NCBI RefSeq assembly: GCF_009914755.1
Contig: NC_060941.1
Origin: the human T2T-CHM13v2.0 reference genome, Homo sapiens
Direction: 5' to 3' (one strand)
Length of the DNA stretch: 64,000 nucleotides
The notes below the pieces were generated by a model that was not told the DNA's origin, made no database searches, and saw only the letters and a list, made by a program, of their open reading frames with translations. A program made the position numbers and the translations under genes. Shown here piece by piece: positions 56,166 through 64,000 of the stretch (position 1 is the first letter of the stretch; every line of letters starts with the position of its first letter).

Positions 56166-57155
56166 TTGGGCACCACCATTTCTTTTGGCTCTTAAAATTC
56201 TCTTCTAGGCTTGGGATTTTAACCCAGGTTTCCAGATGAGGAAACTGAAGCTCAAGGAAGTTGATTACCTTCTTCCCAACTTACAGAAGCCAGTATTAGA
56301 CTAGGGCCCTGACCCTGATCAGCCTGACAAGAAAACCCTTGTTTTCTTTTCCACGGCCCCACAGAGTGGCCCATGTTTCTCAAATGCTGCAATCTAGGAT
56401 TGACCCCAGGAACCCCTTTGGGGTCATTACATTTTACTTCCACTGTCTGATGGCATTGGTGTGGTCCATGCGAATACTCACAGCTTTAAAACCATCTGAT
56501 TGTCTCTGAGACTCATTTTCTCTCCACTTTCTCGGCCTCTAGCCTTCACGGCTGGGTGTCTCAGAGGCTGGGCTCTCTCCTCTGGGAAGGCTGTTGTCTC
56601 TGTGTCGCTGGCTAGCCTGGGTCTCAGGGGCAGTGAGAATCCCTGGCGGCTGTCCCTGTCGTGTTTACCACCTTGGCAACAAGCGCTGCTCTTGGCACCA
56701 CGGTCGAGTCCTTAGCTGGACGGTGACTCGGGCTGGGGGCTCCTTCTTCACATCATGAATTGGTCTTTTGCCAAGCCAAAACAGCGGCTGCTTGCTTTTC
56801 AGAAGGAAAGGTTGTTCATATTTATTTTTTAATTAGAAAATGAATGCATGCTCCTTACAGAAGATTCAAAACATATAGAAAAGTGCAAATAAATGAATGT
56901 TTTGGTATATTATCATTTTTGTGTGCATACGTATTTAAAAACAGAATTGGAAAAGAACCCAGAATTAGAATCACGCTGTGTTGTGTGCATGTGTATGTGC
57001 TTTTGCATTTACTAGTACTTAGTAATAATTTTCACGTGTTACTAGATGGTTGTAAAAACATGATTTTTAATTGGTGTGTAACGTTCTCTCATCTCAATGT
57101 AAAATACAGATACGTTTTAAATATACCTTACCGCCAAGGACGAGATTTGTATGGG

Positions 57156-57462
57156 TTTTATTTTGTTTTTTATTTATTTTTGAGACAGAGTCTCTCTCTG
57201 TCGCCCAGGTTGGAATGCAGTGGCGTGATCTCGGCTCACTACAACCTCCACCTCCTGGGTTTAGGAAATCCTCCTCCTCAGCCTCCTGAGTAGCTGGGAT
57301 TACAGGTGTGCGCCACTATGCCCAGCTAAATTTCTGTATTTTTAGTAGAGATGGGGTTTCACCATGTTGGCCAGGCTGGTCCCGAACTCCTGACCTCAAA
57401 TAACCCACCCACCTTGGCCCCCCGAAGTGCTGGGATTACAGGCATGAACCACTGCACTGGCC
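57156..57462 (-). mobile_element. AluS
   Basis: Full dimer. Confidence 0.95.
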
Positions 57463-57464
57463 TG

Positions 57465-57550
57465 TTTTATTTTATTTTTTGAGACAGTCTTGCTCTGTCG
57501 CCCAAGGCCGGCGTGCAATGGCACGATCTAGGCTCACTGCAGTCTCTGCC
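57465..57550 (-). mobile_element. Truncated Alu fragment
   Basis: T tail plus 'gagacagtcttgctctgtcgccca...ggctcactgcagtctctgcc'. Confidence 0.85.
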
Positions 57551-59074
57551 TGAGACCATAATCTCTGCGGTCTCTGTCCATGAGACCATAAATAAAGAAT
57601 AAGGAGCTTGGCAGGCCCCACGCAGACTTGTTGCATCCCAGTTGCTTGGGGACCCTGAAGGCTGCATAACTCGTAGCCGGGTCTCTGCCTGGAGGAGCGG
57701 GCTGGTGTTAATTCACTGACCCGGGGAGCTGTGCCTGCCTGTCAGCCTCTCCATCTTGTTGGTGCTGAAAACCTCTCTTCCTCATTTTGGTCCCTGCTAT
57801 GGCTTTTTATTCAAGGCTGTGGTTTGAGTTCTACCACAAAGCAGATAATGTGGCATGAGCAGCTCACGCAGGGACTGCCCTGCCTCCCTGTCTTCACCTA
57901 CAGGGGCTGCCGAGATGGGGAAGGGCCCCACCCCTGAGTTCCCCTTTGTCTTCCTTGTCTCCTTTGCAAGGAGAGTCCTTTATTTGTTCTTTTAATGCAA
58001 CTGGCCTCTCTGAAGAGGCTTTCCAGATCAATTTGGCTTGTCAGGGGTGCCAGGCTTAAGTTTTCAGGCATCTAAAGAAGTGGTGGGGGAGAGGGGATCA
58101 GACTTTTCTTTCTCTTTGTGGCTTTCAAAAGAAAATCACGGACGTTAAAATAAATGACGCAAATATCTGTATTTTTTGTATCAAAGAGACAAATGGCATA
58201 AATGCAGATTATAGGGTATTCCTTAGAACTGTCCATCACACAGGAGCTCCTGGGAAAGGCAAGCAGCCCGCGAGGCACCACCCGGTTTCACTGAGCAGAG
58301 GGTGAGTGGTGGCTTCGCGTTTGGGCAGCCTCCAGGGGGTCGGCATATTTAGATCATCGTCTCACGGATTGATTCAGGATTGTCTTAAAAGCCAACTCGG
58401 TTTCCAAGTGTTTCATTCTTGCATGCACGCTTAAGAAAGTCAAAGCCATTTCCATTGTCTTCTGTTTGATCTGCACTGACCATCCTTCAGCTCCTGCCTC
58501 CACTTGCGTGATGCTTTCTCTTCTGGTTGAAGAACTGGCAGCTTTGGTTTGGGCTGCTCCTCCCTCCCTCGGGCCCCCTCCCTGTGGCACGGACTTGCCC
58601 TGCTGTCGTGGATGATGGTCTGTGTGCAAGGGGTTGAGTCCCGTTTGCCATGCTCCTGGTGTTTCTAACTTCTCAGCCTTTCGTTTCACACCCTGCCATG
58701 ATGACAGTATATCCATTTTTCATTCTTTGGGACATTTTCTCTCCAAGGAAAGATGCTCATGCACGTTTGCAGTGGGTGAACTGTTGCCTTCCTGTGATCA
58801 GTCATTGGTAGGGCTGCTTCTGTGTCTCCACCCGTGAGTCTCCATCACCAGTTGAGGACCTTTGGGTCTCCTGACTCCCAGAAACTTTTCCAGCTTCCCA
58901 TGGTCTGTGCTTAGGGTGTATTCTGGGCCATGGCCTCCTGGAAAACCATTTTCCCAGCTGAGATGGATTCCCCAAGGTCCCTGGCCTCCAGTGTGGCGGT
59001 CCCTCAGAAGCTCATCAGTGACCGGGAATGGAACTGACTGCTATAAAGTTGTGAGCCTGCCCAAAACTGGGCAG

Positions 59075-59545
59075 CAGAGGTGTTGGAATTCAGCCCACCT
59101 GGGCTCAAGTGTGGGTTCCAGCCCTTCCTAGCTTGTTGACCTTGAGTGATACTGACTAACATTTCTTGACCATTTGCCCTAGGTTGGCTTACCTTAACTC
59201 CATGATGTCTCATTTAGTCCTCACAGTAGCCCTCTGAGAAAGGTATTATTCTTACCTTACTAGGCTTCAAAGAGGCTCAGATCCATGGAGCTAGTAAGTG
59301 ATGGGCCATTGTGCAAACCCAAGGAGTCGGCCTCCAGACGCACCTCCTCCCAGCCACTACACTGCACTGCCTTAACCCTTGTGCTGTACTTAACCCTTTT
59401 GCCAGTACAGCCAAAGGTTCATTTCCCAGAGCCTCCACTTCCGCATCTGCAGAATGGAGGTACAGTGTCAACACTGCAGGGCTCTTTGGAGGCTGAAATG
59501 AGATGAAATATAATGGATCAAGCTCTGGCACTAACAAATATTAGT
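59075..59545. mobile_element. Cluster of MIR fragments in both orientations
   Basis: 'gaccttgagtgatactgactaacatttct' (+), 'catttagtcctcacagtagccct...gaggctcag...agctagtaagtg' (-), 'gagcctccacttccgcatctgcagaatgg...aaatattagttcc' (+). Confidence 0.65.
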
Positions 59546-60931
59546 TCCTTCCTTTTGTTGCCCTGGAACAAAGGGTGGGGCATGAGAAATAGAGGGGCAT
59601 TGATGTTCTGCCTGGCAACCTTGATTGTAAAGAGGGCAGGACAAGGAAGGGAAAATGTAGAGGATCCCCATCATTGTGGCTGAGTCATTTTACCGCAGAA
59701 GCCTCCCCAGCAATGGCCTGTGGTTCTGGGGGATGGGAGGGTGGTGTGACACTGGGAAGTGTTGTCAGGTAGACACTTGAGTCTTGATTGGGATAGAGAT
59801 TGGGTACTTGACCTTCTGACTCTGGGGTAGACATGGGATTGGGCCATGGGGACCACGCAGGTACACTCTCTGCCGATTTCCAGCGTGCCAGACATTCTTA
59901 TCAGCGCATCTGAGCCCAGCAGCAGGGAAGCCCAGTCCCTGGTCACTGTTTGCATCTTGGCTGCTCCTCCTTGGCTTGAAGCCCTGGCAGTTGCACCTGC
60001 AGGGAGCCTCAGCAGGAATACAGGTTCACCTCCGACCTGGGATCTGCATTGCTCCCCCGGTATCCATTCTGTCCTGGGGTGTGCTCAAGTGCAGGTCCAT
60101 GTAGACAAATTCAGATGCTGCCCCAGGGCTGGTGTGAGAGAGCTGCTGCACCTTTCCCTAGCCCTCTTCTTTTAGAACATGGATGATATGAGAGTAGAGA
60201 GGGGCTCCCCAGTCAGAACCAGGGCTGGGGTGGGCCAGGGAAGGAGGTCAAGTCAGGACAGAGCTGGGAAGGATGCTGGCAGCTCAGTGTGGCCCCAGCA
60301 TCACCTAGGAACGTGTCGGAAATAATCTGCATCTTATCCAGCTCGCAGTGGTGTGTGTGCAGAAGGAGGTCTGAGAAGAACTGGGATGTGCCCTTCTACC
60401 TACCCACCTGCATTTAAAAGAAAGGTAATCACGTATTTAGAAGATGGAAGTGAGTTAAGTGTAACTAAAGTGGGGAAAAACCAAACAGTGCCTGAGTGAG
60501 AACTGGAGTTGGGTACATCCTGGGTTGGTCCTCACACTGCCGCCTGGCTGGGGACCCTGTACCATCTAAGGCCAGGATGTCCTGTGTACGACCAGGTTCC
60601 TATTGTCAGTCTGTTGGCCCCTCTGCCAAGGTGAGCCCTCCTCTTTCACTCCCTGGTACATTGTGCTGAGAACATGACTTTTTGGGAGAGTGTTTGTAGC
60701 AAGTGGTAGCACTACGTAAATAGCTTTGTTGGCAGCTTTTGCTTTTCTTGCTTGTATTGTACACCTTAGTGTGTTTTTTCTTTTCTTGCTTTATTTTTTT
60801 TGGATAACGGCAAAATCACCGCTTGTGGGCACCGCCACAGATAATACAAAAAAGCCATTTGAAAAGAGCTTTATGTCAGCACAGAGTACTTGGAATTGAA
60901 GACCTCCAGGGATTTGCCTTTGTTGCTCAAC

Positions 60932-61018
60932 TTTTCTCTCTCCTCTCCCTCTTTTTTTCCCCCTTTCTTTTCTTCCTCTCCTTCTTCCTCCTTGTTCTCT
61001 TTCTCTTTTCTTCCTTCT
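60932..61018 (+). repeat. CT-rich low-complexity polypyrimidine tract
   Basis: ~85 nt almost entirely C/T. Confidence 0.9.
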
Positions 61019-62399
61019 AACTTGCCATGGAACCAGAGTGAGCTACATATTGCCCTATTTTCAGCTGATTTGCATGTTAGAGCAGAGTAATTGGTGTTTA
61101 ACCAGAACAAAAGAGGATCTGTTTTCTAAAAGAAAAAAGAATTTTTGAAGTAGATCCTATTGCATCTACTGCCTTTGTCTCTCCTCTCATTAGGAATTGA
61201 ATAGGATGGCCCCGTAATGAGAATGTGGGAGATACTGCTTTGGTTGTGATGCTTTTTGAGCTAATTGGTTTGAAAATTATATTTGATACAGATCTGAGGG
61301 ATGTTGGCAAAACACCTCTTTGATACATGGACATCCGGTCCCTCCATCAGCAGGAGGATGGGTAGTGAGAGGCAGGGTTGGAACGCTGTTTACCTTCCTA
61401 GTTGAATGCTCTGAGAGGCCACCCCCTGAGATTTTGGTCTTTCTCCAAATCTTCATGTTGGTCTGTGCCTGGATGAAGAAAGCCAGGGAGCACTGGAGGA
61501 CAAAGTTTAGTAGAAAAGTTTGTAGCTCATGATTTGACTTCTAGTGTGTTTTAGCGAAGACATGAAGTTGAAGAATGACTTTTCCTCTTGTTCAGAGGAA
61601 GGTCTAAATCTGGACTAGAAAATTGAGAGGATATTAGTTAAAAACTTCCAGACTGTCCGTTCTTCATTTTATATGCAGAAATCACTTTGTCAGCTCACAG
61701 TTGCAGTCTCTTTCTTCTGGAGTTAACTGGCATCTGATGGTATCATGTCTTTTTGTGAAAATTAAGTGAATTTTTGAAGACTTTCAGTAATGTTTCAGTG
61801 ACCACAAAACCATCTTAAAAAATTAGAAACCAAAATACTACTACATGAACTTCGAATGATAGAAGGGGAAAATGAGTTATAATCACATCATTCTAAATAA
61901 CAGCTGTTTTAAATTTTAATGTATTAATATTACCCTGTCTTTTGCCATTATAATTCTTACTTACATACACACACATTTTGAAATAGTCATTGATTACTTT
62001 GGGGATTGTGTTTAAGCAAATATTTATTTAATAATACCAGTTAAAGAGTTCTGTGACATTTATTCCTTTTCTGAGGTCACCCAACTTTGCAAAAGTTCAA
62101 TATTATCTTGCAAAATCTGATAGCAGATTTTAAAAAAAGAGACACGGGTCATGATGACTTCTCTCAGAAAATGTGACTACAATCAATTTTGCTGTCTGTA
62201 CGTTTGTTTGTTACTTTATCTTTCTGCACAGCCTGTGAGGTAGGGAAGGGTTAAGCCCTCTTGACCCACTTTGCAGATGAAATGGAGCTAAGCTTAGAAG
62301 GAGGACAGCAACTGAGATGAGCAAAGTTCGAAGCCAGGAGGTGCAGTCCCCAGCTTTATCTACCAAGTCAACTGTCTTTCCTTCTCTCCCTTTTGCTTT

Positions 62400-63895
62400 T
62401 TTTTTTTTTATTTGGAGGTAATTTAAAACTTACAGGAAAGTTTTTAAGGATAAGTTCAAAGAACATCCTTGTATGCTCCACTCACATATATCCTTTATCA
62501 GCATTTTACCCTCTTTGCTCAATCAGTTGCTCTCTTTTTCACTAATAGGGTTTTTTCCTTGAGTCATTAGGGAATAATTGTACGCATTGTGACCCTCCAC
62601 TCCTAAATACATCAGTGTTCCTAATGGGGATATTCCCTTACCAACTTCAGTCCAGTTATGAACTTCAGAAATCCAGCATTGATACAGTGCTTTTATGTAA
62701 TCTACCATCTGCATTTCAGTTTTATCAATTGCCCCAATCTGTCCTTTATAGAATTCTTTTTCCCTCAAGTACAGGATACAATGGAGGATCAGGTATAACA
62801 TTTAGGTTTTTTTGATGACTCTTTCGTCTGCTTTAACCTGGAATATTTCCCTAGCCTTTCTTTGCCTTTTATGACATTGCCATTTATAAAGAATACAATC
62901 CTCCCCCACCTTTTCCCAATAGAACATTCTTGTCTAGTATTTCCTCATGACTAGATTCAAGTTATGCTTTCCTGGCCAGAACACGACGTAAGTGTTTTTG
63001 TGTCCTTCTCAGGGTATCGCATCTGGAGCACTTGATGTCCATCTGCCTCTCTTTGATCACCTGGTCAAGGTGTTGTTAGATTTCTCCACTGTATAGTTAC
63101 TATGTTTTGTCTTGCAACGAAGAAGCAGTCTGTGGGGAGATGCTTTAAGATGTTCCTCATGGAAGTTTCCTCTGAAAGCTAGCATTCACTGATGATTCTT
63201 GCCTGATCTAGTCTTTACAGCAATGGTTACAAAATAATTTTCTAATTCCTACATCCCCTCTTTATTTACCACTTGGCCCTTGGCATCTGCGGTAAGCAAG
63301 ATCCCCTCCTTCTTACCCACTAATTTTAAAATCTATTTCTTATAGATATGGACCCATGGAGTCCTAGTATTTCAATGGCTTATAATCATTACTGTACATA
63401 ACAATTTTGGTGCTCAAATTGGCCCACACTTGGCCAGTGGGAGGCCCTTCATTCTGATTCCCTACAACATGATCCTGCGCCGGAGTTTATTTTTAAGCAC
63501 TTCTTTACTTTCTGGCATAACAAGGTGTTCCAAGCTCATCTTGTGTCTCCCCTGCTCCAGACCTGGAGTTACTCACTTCTCCAAGGAGCTGGTTTCTTGT
63601 AGTGGGGATTGCATTTAGAGACCAAGATAAGAAGGTTACTAGAGCGTCTTTGCTCAATGTTACTGGAGTGTCTTCGTCTCTAGGCCATTTCAGTGGAGAG
63701 ATATAGGAAACATGAGTGTACACATATACACACAGATACATGGGCATGTCCATGCATCATATACATACATATTTTGGAAATCATGGGTTCACACCACACC
63801 TCCAAGTTTGCTCAATCCACACTTACTAGTTTGCTCAATCCTTAATACGTCTAAAATAGAGCCAGAGTGGCTTGCCCATTCCACTACAAAAGACT
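62400..63895 (-). mobile_element. L1MC4/5-type 3' region
   Basis: 'aaacttacaggaaag...cctaaatacatcagtg...ttttatgacattg...ctagattcaagttatg...tgatcacctggtcaaggtg...tgctcaaattggcccacacttggccagtgggagg...tgttccaagctcatcttg...catttagagaccaagat'. Confidence 0.85.
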
Positions 63896-63902
63896 GGCCT
63901 AC

Positions 63903-64000
63903 CCGAGGTGGGTGGATTACGAGGTCAGGAGTTCGAGACCAGCCTGACCAACATGGTGAAACCCCGTCCCTACTAAAAATTCAAAAATTAGCCGGGCATG
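63903..64000 (+). mobile_element. AluSg-like, lacking the first ~45 nt, runs off the window
   Basis: 'ccgaggtgggtggattacgaggtcaggagttcgagaccagcctgaccaacatggtgaaacccc...aaaaattagccgggcatg'. Confidence 0.9.

Noticed and set aside
63805-63841. 14-bp direct repeat agtttgctcaatcc with 9-bp spacer
   Set aside because: Lies inside a decayed L1MC; most likely a neutral deletion/duplication scar

Overview
Primate (very likely human) genomic DNA with no recognisable protein-coding exon. Every ORF I could assign derives from Alu, L1 ORF2, Tigger1 transposase or simple repeats; the rest have no recognisable product. The window looks like the interior of a large intron, probably of a + strand gene (inferred from antisense-biased Alus/LTRs and long T-runs on +). 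I cannot name the host gene. Contents: about 30 Alu/FLAM/FRAM copies, a near full-length Tigger1 (16331-18972) with a nested Alu, THE1B/MLT1/MLT2 LTRs, MER20/MER5/MER58A/MER104 DNA elements, L1PB/L1M/L2/MIR remnants, a (TCCA)n tract and a 42-nt tailless 5S rRNA retropseudogene. The first ~7 kb are almost free of recognisable transposons and carry enhancer-like motif clusters. The most unusual structure is a set of inverted repeats at 42577-43582 that I cannot assign to a repeat family: one 149-bp segment is complementary to an upstream ~117-bp arm and a downstream 34-bp arm, and the downstream arm contains a consensus 5' splice site behind a candidate 19/34-nt exon. Repeat subfamily calls, motifs and alignments were made by eye and need RepeatMasker/Dfam confirmation.
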